DNA of 64,000 bases, from positions 106,702,001 to 106,766,000 of the forward strand of contig NC_043004.1 in assembly GCF_006345805.1 (NCBI RefSeq). The letters run 5' to 3'. Under the pieces are notes generated by a model, which worked only from the letters and a program-made list of their open reading frames with translations, was not told the origin of the DNA and ran no database searches. The stretch comes from Octopus sinensis. Lineage: Eukaryota. The translations under genes were made by a program, and so were the position numbers. The stretch's first letter is position 1. The number at the start of each line of letters is the position of its first letter. Shown in pieces: positions 23,758 through 35,150 of the stretch.

Positions 23758-24879
23758 TGGAGAAGTGGAGAAGTGCGTGGAGATGATCAACGAGAGCCAG
23801 GTGGAGTTCCGTAATGTCAACACAGAGGAACTGGGCCTCCTACTTAGACTGACTTATGACAACGAATACCTAGATAAACATAATCTTAGTAGTTTCTGCC
23901 CCAGTAGACGTTTAAGAGGTAGACCACCCACAATTACTTCTATGGCTTGGAAGACACATATAGAAAGATGGCGCGGATGGACCAGAGCCATACGGAGCCC
24001 CGCAAATGTCCATCAGGTAAAGAAAATGATCGCACGTGCACTAGGAGCTAGTATAAGAGTTACCCTAAAAGGCCACACATTTAAATTTAATAATAAAATA
24101 TATGCCCAGGACGAGGGGGCAGCCATCGGTGTTAGTATCGCTGGTGATGTGGCCAACCTCTTCATGGTATGGTGGGACAGAAGGCTTAAAGAACGCCTAA
24201 CACAGAACTCCATACTCGTAAACATGTACTCCCGCAATGTTGATGATATCAACATAGTGGTAAAGGCACCACCACAAGAGAGTACTGTTGATATAGTAAT
24301 AGAAACTAATACTATGGAGAGCATCCAGCAAATAGCTAACTCCATCCACCAGAGTATTAAGGTCACAATAGACTACCCCACTAAACACCCCAACCATAGA
24401 CTACCAGTACTAGACACTGAACTCTGGCTAGAAATTGTGAATAATAAAACCCAAATCCTTCATTCGTACTCTGCCAAACCTACGGCCTCAAAACACTTGA
24501 TCCACCGGAACTCAGCCATTGCGGACAATGCCAAATTCAATATTTTGATGGCAGACCTCGTCAGAATAATGAGAAATGTGTCACGCATGTGCGAGCCTAC
24601 AGAGTTAAAGAGATACATACAATATTTCATTCACCGCATGCAGTTCTCAGGTTACAGCCATAAAGAAAGGATCAGAGTATACAAAGGAGCCATGAAGAAA
24701 TTTGCTACTATCTTATGTAATGATAGGAATGGGATTTACCCACTCTATAGGAACAAGTCATGGAACACTATAGAAAGGACAAAAAAGAAAATAGGGAAGG
24801 CCGACTCTTGGTATGATAGCCATAAATACCAGAGTGTCATGTTCGTTGACACCACCCCTGGAGGTGAACTGGCGTACCG

Positions 24880-25314
24880 CTAGACAAACTTAAGCTAAGG
24901 ATTAAGGTTGTTGAAAAGCCAGGCAACCCTATCAAATCTATAATTGGTAGAACCTATCCTTTTAGTAGAACCCCCTGTACGGATAAGTACTGTACTGTAT
25001 GTAGATTTAGCCCACAAACAAACTGTAAAGCCAGAAATGTAGTCCATAGTATAAGATGTATAGAGGGACAATGCAGTAACAAGACAACCACATACGTAGG
25101 GGAAACGGCAAGAAGCATAGGAGAGCGGGTAAATGTACATTGGAGACAACTCAAGGAAGGTAAAAGCTCATCGATTCTGTACCAACACGCCGAACAGGAA
25201 CACGGGGTATCAATCAACAACATAGAAATTAAAATATTGTCCACACATAGAACAGATGCAACAATCAGACAAATTACAGAAGCTACACACATAATAGAAA
25301 ACTATTATGTGTGA
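24880..25314 (+). pseudogene. GIY-YIG endonuclease domain of the PLE (not in the ORF track)
   Basis: Manual translation: LKLRIKVVEKPGNPIK..PCTDKYCTVC..NCKARNVVHSIRC..YVGETARSIGERVNVH..YQHAEQEH..RQITEATHI. Confidence 0.9.
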
Positions 25315-25756
25315 ATAGGAAACTAGAATGGAACACTAGCACACACCACAACATATGACGGTAGAGGATCCCGAAAACATAATAAATACACAGAGAAATA
25401 AACAAATAGAAATAAATAACTATATAAGTTTTTTTTATCTATTATTATTATTACTAGTATTGTTGTTATACATACATACATACATACATACAAGCATATG
25501 TAATGATAATAATAAGTGGATGTAAACACATGAACAAAATAAGAATAAACAAAAACAACAACAACAAAAACAAATTACATGAACGTATATAAACAGAAGA
25601 TACAAATATTACAGGCATCCCCCCCCCACACACACACACTAAATAAACATAGACGCACATAGAGATATAAGCATGCGCAAATAAAGACATACAATAGAAA
25701 TACAAAATGGCTGACGGTTAGTAAAGAGAGACACAAATAAGAAAGAAGAAATCAAA

Positions 25757-25801
25757 GGACCACTGATGCGGTCACAGGAGTGTGACGAAAGAACTCTGGC
25801 C
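25757..25801 (+). ncRNA. Minimal type I hammerhead-like ribozyme motif
   Basis: GGACCA-CTGATGC-G-GTCACA ggag TGTGAC-GAAAG aa CTC-TGGCC: perfect 6-bp stem II, GAAA, short stem III, stem I with bulge; A9 replaced by C. Confidence 0.6.
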
Positions 25802-25915
25802 GAAATAAGATTAAGATTAATGTAAAAAATAAATAACACTGAAGCAAAATAACACCAAATATATAGTGCGTGTGTTTTTATTGGCTAAACTGGCAAAATG
25901 ACCATTCCGAAATAT

Positions 25916-25929
<14 letters not shown>

Positions 25930-25965
<36 letters not shown>

Positions 25966-26215
25966 ATGTGTGTGTGTGTATGTGTGTATGTATGTATGTG
26001 TGTGTGTGTCTGTGTGTGTGTGTGTTTGTTCACCCACCATTGCTTGAAAACTGATGTTTGTGTGTTTACGTCCCCGTAACTTAGCAGGTCGCGCAAAAGA
26101 ATCGATTGAATGAGTACTAGGCTTACAAAGAATAAGCTACGTGGGTGGGATCTTTTCAACTAATGACGCTGCTCCAGCATGGCCGCCGTCAAATGACTGA
26201 AGCAAGTAGAAGAAA
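25930..26215 (+). mobile_element. SINE family B, 3' half
   Basis: tttacgtccccgtaacttagcagg..gctccagcatggccgccgtcaaatgactgaa. Confidence 0.85.
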
Positions 26216-26283
26216 AAGGAAGTGCGAGTGTTTATTTCACTATTCAACACATGGATAGGAAGGTCAACGTGTGTGTGTATGTG

Positions 26284-26338
<55 letters not shown>

Positions 26339-27214
26339 CCGCATTCACTTATATATACTCTTATACACTTTCACTGGTTTTAAAAACACCCTCCACCAGC
26401 GGAAATACAAATGTACAACTGAGTAAAATTGGTCCCTGTTACTCGTAGCATTTTTCATAAACAGTAGAAGCTGCCTTCCCTTTCTAGAATAAACAAAATA
26501 AACATCTCCAATGAACAGTCAATAACAGCCGTGTCGTTCTTCAATTCATTCTACTAAGATGGGTCTGTGGTTTTACCAAATCTGTGACTCTTACTAAACG
26601 TAAATTTATCTAGAATTAGTCTCAATATTTTAGTTAATAAGCTCCAGCGATGAATGTACTGATATGCAAATGAGAAAAAAAGAACCTGGGATTTTTTCAT
26701 TTTTTTTGTTTTCTTTTTGGTTTGTTTTGCTTTTGGTTGGTTTTTTTGTTGTTTTTTCTGTTGTTTTCAAACTGTTTAGAATAAGCAAAAAATTGAAGTA
26801 CCAGGAAAGAGGAGGTAAAACTAGCCAAGCTCGTCCTCGAGCAGAGAGGAGGGAGAAGGGGTAGAGAGCGGGAGAGAGTGAGGGAGGGAGGGAAAGAGAG
26901 AGAGATAAGTAATTCAACCACAAGATAAATTTCATTACGAGAACGTCGGCTCTTTTTTTTGCTCGTTGGTCATATCTTTGCTGCCACTGTTCACCTACCC
27001 AGGTTCAGGAGGAGCAAGATTAATTGGCATCGATCTCGCTGGAATAGGAGTGCCAGCAAAGGCCATGGACCCGGCTTCTTCCTCCAAACGCAGCAAATAG
27101 AACAAAAAAATCCTTACACACTAAGACCAAATGCTTGTTTATTAAAGTGATCACGTGAACGACCAGGCTACCGAAAGTTGTTACGCCTTGATGGTCACAA
27201 TTAGGGTTTTGCAT

Positions 27215-27402
27215 CGGTTTAGCCTTCAAATGAGGCCACCCCGCTGGCTAGGCAAGCAGACCAACAATCAGTCCTCCCGGATCGAAAGGGGGAGTGGGGC
27301 AATGAAGTGTTTCGCTCAAGAAACACAACGCACCACCCAGTCAGGGAATCGAACTCACAATCGTTAGTGCAACAGCCTAGCCATTAGGCCACGCACCTTC
27401 AC
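27215..27402 (-). mobile_element. SINE family D (tRNA-derived)
   Basis: Minus strand gtgaaggtgcgtggcctaatggctagg..gagttcgattccctg..cttgagcgaaacacttcattg. Confidence 0.8.
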
Positions 27403-27519
27403 AATGTGTTTTAAGGTACACATGGAAAGTTATTTGAAATTTATACTTACAAACATGAATTCTGCGTATGTGAGCGCAGGCGCGTGCAGGTGCTTAATCT
27501 CTATATATCGCTTTATCTC

Positions 27520-28290
27520 ACCTGAATTATCCCATAGATCTAAATAAATATTCACCCTGACAAAAGGTTTTATCTAATATAGTATCACATTATAAACTCA
27601 ACTTATATCAAACATAGAAGTACATATCATTCTAATGGGAGGTTTCTCAAAAAAGCTTGAGTTGTGATCCTTTAAACTAAAGTGGGTCTTTGAGGTTCCG
27701 TTCGATCATCTAATTGTAATTTAGTAATTAAGGTAGCAGTCTGAAGTTTTTCTTATCCCGTAGTGTATTAATATTCGTCATTTATAATTCTTATCAAATT
27801 CTTTCCGTATAAATGTTATGCAAGTGTTTAGAGCCATTTAATCTTGCCAGCCAGCACATACGGTTTCTGATTTTCGAATCCTGTTTACAATTCTGAAAGT
27901 TTCCATTGAAAAAGGATTACACCGTTTATGGAATTTCATGATCTTGATCATATTAATATTTTTCCGAAAGGATCTGAATGCTGATCAAACCTAAACTTGT
28001 ACATGACATGTATACGAAAAGAACTGAGTAAGAATTATAAGAAGATGAAAATTAATACAGTACGTCGTATCATCATAAAAGTTGGCACTTTAATTACTAA
28101 ATTAAAATTTGATGATTGAACGAAAGGATTAAGGCCCGGAATTCCACCTTTAGTTTAACGGATCACACCCTGACATTTTAAAGATATCTTCCGTTTGATT
28201 GATATTAGTAGAGCTAGTTAGATGATACTAGAGAGAATTATGCCTGTTGTTTGGGAATATATTGATTTAGATCTATGGGATAATTCGGAT
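27520..28290. repeat. Old inverted duplication (~310-bp arms, roughly 70-75% identical by eye), probably PLE RT relics
   Basis: 27520-27835 aligns with the reverse complement of 27985-28290 (gaattatcccatagatctaaat; gtgatcc.ttaaactaaag; taatttagtaattaa; tataattctta). Confidence 0.7.
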
Positions 28291-28744
28291 GAAGTAATTA
28301 AGTTCCTTCATGACACAAAATGAGGTGTCATTTAATACTTCGATAATAATTTATCATTGACGAATAAAGTATCAAGTCAGCATTGGAAAGTCTTGTAATA
28401 TTTATTATGCTACTGCTTTGGTGATAATCTCCAAGAGTAATTGCCTGTACACTTCGTTGAACTTTGGGGCAGTGTTATAATGTTCTTGAATGGTAAGCAG
28501 CTTGGAGAAGCAATCCTGGCTGCCAAATGTGACATATTCTATTAATATCTTTCAGATACATTTGAGAAACTGAAGTTGATGAACAAACGGCCACGCGGTA
28601 AAAATACAAATCTTTAATTTGCAAAAAAGTTTATTAGTTCTTTACAAAGACAATTTCATCTATTCAGGATAAATATAATGCGTAGGGAGTTGATACTTTT
28701 TCCAACCCTTGCCATTACTGAGGAAGTGAGATTGCAAGAGGATG

Positions 28745-29045
28745 AAACTGCACAGTGATGTGGAAATTAGGTTCAAAGATCTTCTGAAAATGAATATTCG
28801 AAATGGGTGGTAGATCCATTTGGGAAAATGCAGCTGATGTTGATATCAGACAACAAGAAAGCCTTATTGAATTGCAGAGTAATCAAACAGCCCGAGCTGA
28901 ATTTAAGCAGGACCTCGTGAAACTGCAATGAAATTCCCATTGCTTTAGCAGGAAGCAAAATTATATTTCATTGCCTTTCCCACTTCTTACCTCGTTGAAT
29001 CAAGTTTAAACCGAGTGTCTTCTCTATCGCTAAAGAAATTTTAAG
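28745..29045 (+). mobile_element. hAT (Buster/Charlie-type) transposase C-terminal relic
   Basis: RFKDLLKMNI / WVVDPF / QQESLIELQSN / EAKLYFIAFPTSYLVESS (hAT dimerisation-domain motif), with frameshifts. Confidence 0.85.
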
Positions 29046-29566
29046 TACATAGACTAACGACCATGATACTGGAACACAAAACTGAATCAGCCACAAAAAT
29101 CTCACTGAATAAATACAGTGAAAGGTAATTTGATATTTCCCTTTTTTTATTTTGCTAAAAGATTTCCTTTTTGTGCTCAAAAAGTAGACTGTTTCTTTTC
29201 TTTTTTTTTTTTGTTGGAAGTTATCAATTTTCTGGACGTCAACAGTATTCTGTAATGCGTGTTTGATCAGACAAACAATACATGATTTTAAATGGTTATT
29301 TTATTGAACCCACAAAATATTTTTGTTTTTGTAAAGTAGAACAATAGAGAATAAATATGCAATGATATTTTTATGGAGTTTATTACATTAATGATGGAAA
29401 ACAAGTCACCTTTGAAAGTAATTCTTTTGAAAATTTTTGTTCGAAAATTGTTTTCATAACCAATTATTGACATTTGTAAATATTCATTTCATGATATAAT
29501 GACTAATTTTTTAAAATAATATTTAAAATTTCGCTAATATTGTTTGTGTATGTGTGTGTGTGTGTG

Positions 29567-29600
<34 letters not shown>

Positions 29601-29869
29601 CACTCGCGTAGGAAACCAGAGTCATTTTATTACGCACGCAGACCTCAAGCGTTCGTATCGTTCATGTTATTAGAAGATTTGAAAATTTGACTATTTAGTT
29701 TGACTTCAGTATAACAATAATTACGACTTATACGACTTGAAGCCAGTACACACTTGGCAGTCTAGACTCTAACTCGGATCTGCAGTAGTTTGTTATATTT
29801 GACTCGAGTCGATTTGACTCGTTCTTAGCGTAACAAACGATACACACACACATATATATGAATGTATGT

Positions 29870-29921
<52 letters not shown>

Positions 29922-30144
29922 TATATTATATATCATTTGATGACGACAATATTTAAAATAAGACCAACCGATAGTTTCATAGAGACACTGAGATTAGCCA
30001 AATATATATGACGTGTCTTGTATCTCCAAGCACCCTTAAGGCACATGGTTAGTTTTATTTGAAAATCAGAGCCACTATATTTCACTAGATGGAATACTGT
30101 TTTGCAGATCCTACCTTAACGGAACAGTAAACTATGTATATATA

Positions 30145-30381
30145 TTTCTTTACTGCCTACAGGAGTGGGGGGGATAAACATAGAGGAGTCAAATAAGAAC
30201 AGACACAGGAATTAAGTCGAATACATCGACCCCCGTGCGTAACTGGTACTTATTTAATCGACCCCGAAATGATGAAAGACAAAGTCGACCTCGGTGAAAT
30301 TTGAATTCAGAATGTAGCGACGGACGAAATACCGCTAAGCGTTTCGCCCAGCGTTCTAACGATTCTGCCAGCTCGCCGCCC
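30145..30381 (-). mobile_element. SINE family A, full length, tail type 1
   Basis: Minus strand gggcggcgagctggcagaatcgttag..tail ..gtaggcagtaaagaaat. Confidence 0.9.
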
Positions 30382-30420
30382 TATATATGTATATATATAT
30401 ATATATATATACATACATAC

Positions 30421-30481
<61 letters not shown>

Positions 30482-30561
30482 CATATATATACATATATAT
30501 ATATATATATAATATATATACATACATACATACATACATGTATATACATATATATAATATA

Positions 30562-30602
<41 letters not shown>

Positions 30603-30620
30603 CATATATATATATATACA
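30382..30620. repeat. (TA)n microsatellite with CA interruptions
   Basis: Direct reading. Confidence 0.95.
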
Positions 30621-30627
30621 TAATGAT

Positions 30628-31020
30628 AAATCTCAGAGCGAGTTATAAACAGTAACAGCAACACATCGTGACGTATATTTGCCATTTGAATATGGCTAAC
30701 TCCTAAGGGTGGATGCTACTGTAGTTTGTAGCTCCAGGAGGACACCTCCTCCAGCTGGCTATAGACACACTTTCTGTGCCCTTTCAATATTTGCAAAGGG
30801 AAGCCATCCTTCCCGTCTTCAACTTATGATACACAGGGACTCGAGTTTCAGGGTATTGACCTGTCATCGGCGTGTGACAATCGGCTTCCCTTTGCAAATA
30901 CTGATAGGGCACAGAAAGTGTGTCTATAGCCAGCTGGAGGAGGTGTCCTCCTGGGGCTACAAACTACAGTAGCATCCACCCTTAGGGGTTAGCCATATTC
31001 AAATGGCAAATATACGTCAC
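30628..31020 (-). mobile_element. Hammerhead-containing non-coding repeat (family F) folded back on itself
   Basis: 138-bp arms 30668-30805 / 30883-31020 (4 mismatches counted); 77-bp spacer holds the hammerhead; homologous pieces at 51993-52280. Confidence 0.85.
30831..30876 (-). ncRNA. Type I hammerhead ribozyme motif (palindromic stem III)
   Basis: Minus strand: CACACG-CCGATGA-C-AGGT caat ACCC-T-GAA-ACTCGAGT-C|CCTGTG; GUC cleavage triplet; U4C change in this copy. Confidence 0.75.
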
Positions 31021-31099
31021 TATATATGCATATATATATACATAACATATATATATATATATATACATATAATAATATATATATATAATATATATATAT

Positions 31100-31134
<35 letters not shown>

Positions 31135-31147
31135 CATATATATATAC

Positions 31148-31178
<31 letters not shown>

Positions 31179-31197
31179 CATATATATATACATATTT

Positions 31198-31230
<33 letters not shown>

Positions 31231-31328
31231 CTATATATATATATATACATATTATATATATATATATACATATTTATATATATATATATATACATATATA
31301 TACATATTATATATATATATATATTATA

Positions 31329-31362
<34 letters not shown>
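31021..31362. repeat. (TA)n microsatellite, ~340 bp
   Basis: Direct reading. Confidence 0.95.
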
Positions 31363-31363
<1 letters not shown>

Positions 31364-31364
31364 C

Positions 31365-31856
31365 TACAGAAATAAAATTTTTAATTCTCAAACGCGTGAT
31401 AATGCTAATAAAATCGCGTGAACAGGATAAATTATCCATATATTGTAGAAAAATACGTTACCGGCCAGCCATGAGCCTCGAACTCACATCCCTGTGATTA
31501 CACGTTAAGTGGTTTACCATGAAGTTAAACTGCCCAGTAACGAATTCTTCTGCAATTTCAGAACTTATAAATTTACCTTCATAAGACAAATTTTGTTTAC
31601 TTTCATCATAAGTTGAATTTAACGTTAGCGTCTTATGAAGATAAATTTATAAGTTCTAAAATTGCAGAAGACTTCGTTACGGGGCACTTGGCGCGTAATC
31701 ACAGGGTTGTGAGTTCGAGTCTCATGGCTGGCCGGTACCGTATAATTCATCCTGTTCTCGCTATTTTATTAGCATTATCACGCGTTTGAGAATTAAAAAG
31801 AATTATTTCTGTATCTTTCAACGCTTCTAAAACAAACTTTGTTTACTCTCATCGTA

Positions 31857-31860
<4 letters not shown>
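31365..31860. mobile_element. Foldback repeat with tRNA-like cassette in each arm and a terminal direct repeat
   Basis: Arms 31365-31587 / 31630-31813; direct repeat tttgtttactYtcatcRtaagtt at 31592-31614 and 31838-31860. Confidence 0.85.
31463..31535 (-). pseudogene. 73-nt tRNA-like (Thr-type anticodon) pseudogene / SINE-head cassette
   Basis: Minus strand GGGCAGT..TGGTAAA..CG TGT AA..GTGAG TTCGAGG CTCAT GGCTGGCC: intact T arm, weak D and anticodon stems. Confidence 0.6.
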
Positions 31861-31936
<76 letters not shown>

Positions 31937-32482
31937 AGTAAATGTAAGGAAACCGATAAAATAAGTACCAGGCTTTAAAAAAATAAGTCCTGGGGTCGAT
32001 TTGTTCCACTAAAATCCAGCATGGCAGCAGTCAAATGACTGAAACAACTAAGATAACAATGTATCGTGTGTGTGTGTGTGGGGGGGAGGTATAGGTATGT
32101 AAATATATAATGTATGTTATGTACGTGTGCACTTTGGTTAATTTTATACCTGAATAAGAGCAACTACGGAGATCACCTTTAGGTAATTGAAATTGCTAAA
32201 GAAATTTTTTAAATTAACCTTGTTAAAATCCATGCATGATTTTTGCGGGTGGATAAATAGCATTCAATGAAGTTACCTCCGCTCATCTAGTATTATTGGA
32301 ATTAGAAAACGAGAAGTTATGACCCTTCACGGGTGCTGATGAACCTTTGAGTTTTCACGAGTTACTTTTTATTTTCAATGAGAAAAACTGACGTCTGTCT
32401 GATTCACTAAAAGTTTTCTTCTCGCTCCTCAGCTTTCTACTGATACAAAACTATTTTTGCAACGTAAACTCGTATATTACTG

Positions 32483-32790
32483 TGAAGGCGCGTGGCATAG
32501 TAATTAAGGATGTTCGGCTCGCGATCATAATGTTGTGTGTTCAATCCCTGGATTGTCGGCGCCTTGCGCTCTTCAATAAGGCACTTCATTCTAGATTGCT
32601 CCAGTCTACTCAGCTGCAAATGAGTACCAGCCGGTTGCTAGTGCATCTCTTTCGCCCTCCACGTGTCACATCTTGGATGTGCCACTAGGTCAATGAGTGG
32701 GAGAGTCGTGAGGGTACATATGCCTGCTCGCTGCCACCTAGGTACCTAAAACAATTAGCGAAAGTGCGATGCATGTTACCAAGCCACACT
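32483..32790 (+). mobile_element. SINE family D, degenerate
   Basis: gaaggcgcgtggcatagtaattaagg..gttcaatccctgg..ttgctccagtctactcagctgcaaatgagtacc. Confidence 0.75.
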
Positions 32791-34897
32791 CGTTTGCGGC
32801 TGGAGGTTGAAGCTTTTAAGTATCGCATTTGATAGCATAAAAGACGCACTGCTGTATTAGACGCATCCTAGTTTCAGCAGCGCATATTCAGGGAAATAGT
32901 TTTCAATGCATTAAAGCTTATGCAAGGTCCAACTTTGCATATAGGACCGAGAGGGGGAGGGGGTTTTTGAGACATTTTGTTTTTGTTTTACTTCTTTTTT
33001 TTTTTAGAAAAAATGCGTCTTAAATATTAAATACGGTATATTACTAACATTATTCTCTTGACTCTAGAGAAATGAAAAAAACGTTTCTTGTGGGATTTGA
33101 ACACAGACTTATAAGGGCAAAACTAAATATTGTAAGGCATTCTTCCTAGTCGGGTGTTACGCATAATCCAATGCGGCATAATTACTACCAATTCTACGGC
33201 TTCATGGAATGTCAATATTATTGTCAAGCAACGCTTTTTGAATGTAAATTCCTCCTTGAATGAAAAGTGTTTTCTTAATAAACAACCAAAATTGAATTTT
33301 CACTCTCATTCTTATTTACATTTTAATCCTTGACTGTCAGCTTTAAATAATCGATAAACAACTCAAAATTACCAGTGAAATTGAACTTGCTCAATGGATA
33401 ACCTTTTTCAAGATAAGGATGCTGAATCACCCATGCAGCACATCTTTTCGTTGCATCGTACGGTCCCCTTAAGGTCTTTTAACATAATATGATGCTTTAA
33501 ACGTTCTAACAAGCATGAAGTTTTAAGAATGCCCCCAAAATGTATTGACGTAAACTCCTTCGAAGAGGGAGAGCAAATTCAATTTTTTACATTATCTCTG
33601 TTTTCAGAAAACCTCTAATATCAACGAAGGTTAATGCTGCTACAAAACGGACAGCAAACATAAACAGCTGACAAGTTAACTATTTGTCAAACAGCTGAAA
33701 AAACACGTCTGACGGAAGCTGACAAAGGAGAGGGAACTTTCATTTTTTTTCTTACTTTCTTTATTTATTTTTATGTTTGAAATTGAGAACGCGAAAATAA
33801 CTACAAAAAAAATTATGACAAAACAACGATTCCATACTTTTCACATGTGATAAGCAAAAAGCATGAGGGGAAAAATTGAATGAAAGAAGTTCATTTTTGT
33901 TGGCATTTCGTTTAAAATCCATTTGTGTAAAATCCTCGTTGAAATATTTTGAGGTCAAACAACAGAAAATTTTGATAGAGTAAATAGCGATTGTTATGAT
34001 AATTTACTATATTGACTGTTTCAACGATGCAGACGACAAAATTGTTTAGTATTCTTTCTTTTCATTTCATTTCTCTTTTTGTTTTGTAGGTGTCAGCAAT
34101 TTTACTTTTCATTAAATCTGGCGCCAATTATTGAACATGAAGTGACAGTAGCTAAATTCGAAACCTAATCGGTAAAACAACTCTTAGTTATGTTAAAAAG
34201 TGGCACCTTGTACATATTTAATATATTTTGAAACAGCTGCAGACCACTTCAGATATTGCAGCATTTATTCTATAAACACCCGAACTCGAAAAGCATTTAT
34301 TTTTCTTTTCTTTTGGTAATCCCACGGGTATCAAATACTCGTTTCCAGTTATGTAACAATTCGTAATTCCAACAGTAGAAAATATTGATTTCTTATAAAC
34401 GCAACTACTTCAGATTTACAAAGAAGCTGTGACTTTCATACTTATCTAGGTTTATTGTCAAAAAAAATAATCTGTTTCCGGTCAGCAATGGCAACCATGT
34501 AGTAGAAATTTAGCTGCAGTATCAAGGTGCTGGACGGAAACCGAAAAAGAAGTTGTGACTTTCATGCTTTTCTGAGTGTACTGTCAACCAAAGTAAAATG
34601 TTCCGGGTTAAGAAAGGCAAATTAAACCACTGTAACAATGTTTGGACGTAAGTCGAAAATTTATGTTTGATTAGTTAATTTTTTTATAAACCCTGACTCA
34701 TTTCATCATAGCTCATTTCCGATATTTGTGTGGTGCTAAGTATACATAGGCAAACATGGTAGGCTACGAGACATTTGGCACAGCCGTTTTGGCGCTGCCT
34801 ATTTGGCGTCGCTGATTCAGCGCTGACTTATTTGACATCAGACATATTACTGTTTCTCTCTCTCGCACTTTTTCTATCACTCTCACACTTTCTCTCA

Positions 34898-34971
<74 letters not shown>

Positions 34972-34974
<3 letters not shown>

Positions 34975-35150
34975 TGAGAATTTACAAAAAAACAAAAGAC
35001 GAAGACGGCTGTGTAAACAACAAACAGATGTGTTAGTTTAACGCTCGGGAAGTGAGAAAGTCTTTTACGTTTCGAGCCTACGCTCTTCGACAGAAAGGAA
35101 AACAGAAATAAACAGGGAGAGAAAATTAAAAAGGTTTAGTGTCTAGAGAT
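34972..35150 (-). mobile_element. PLE pseudo-LTR-like short repeat carrying a hammerhead motif
   Basis: Non-coding block next to (TA)n, with ctgtcgaagagcgtaggctcgaaacgta on the minus strand. Confidence 0.65.
35058..35097 (-). ncRNA. Minimal hammerhead motif with non-canonical core (CUGUCGA)
   Basis: CTTT-CTGTCGA-A-GAGC gtag GCTC-GAA-ACGT-A|AAAG: 4-bp stem II, ACGT palindrome, GUA site, 4-bp stem I. Confidence 0.7.

Larger units (their letters stand above)
23758..25875 (+). mobile_element. 5'-truncated Penelope-like element: RT, frameshifted C-terminal GIY-YIG endonuclease, 3' region with hammerhead motif
   Basis: RT motifs FKFNNKIYAQDEGAAIG, YSRNVDD, RLPVLDT, KPT..IH.NS; then a Cys-rich linker and YVGETARSIGER in a shifted frame (24880-25314). 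Confidence 0.92.

Noticed and set aside
29700-29825. gactt/gactcg motif cluster like hAT subterminal repeats
   Set aside because: No termini found.
31463-31535. Functional tRNA-Thr gene
   Set aside because: D and anticodon stems do not pair properly and it is embedded in a repeat; treated as tRNA-derived.
31805-31860. Hammerhead-like fold on minus (CUUACGA..stem..GAAGC GUUGAA) in the tRNA foldback
   Set aside because: G5 is missing and there is no room for stem III plus the cleavage nucleotide; worth re-testing only on the family consensus.
32850-33475. Possible TTAA-type (Kolobok/piggyBac-like) element ending cggtccccttaa
   Set aside because: No matching left terminus seen.
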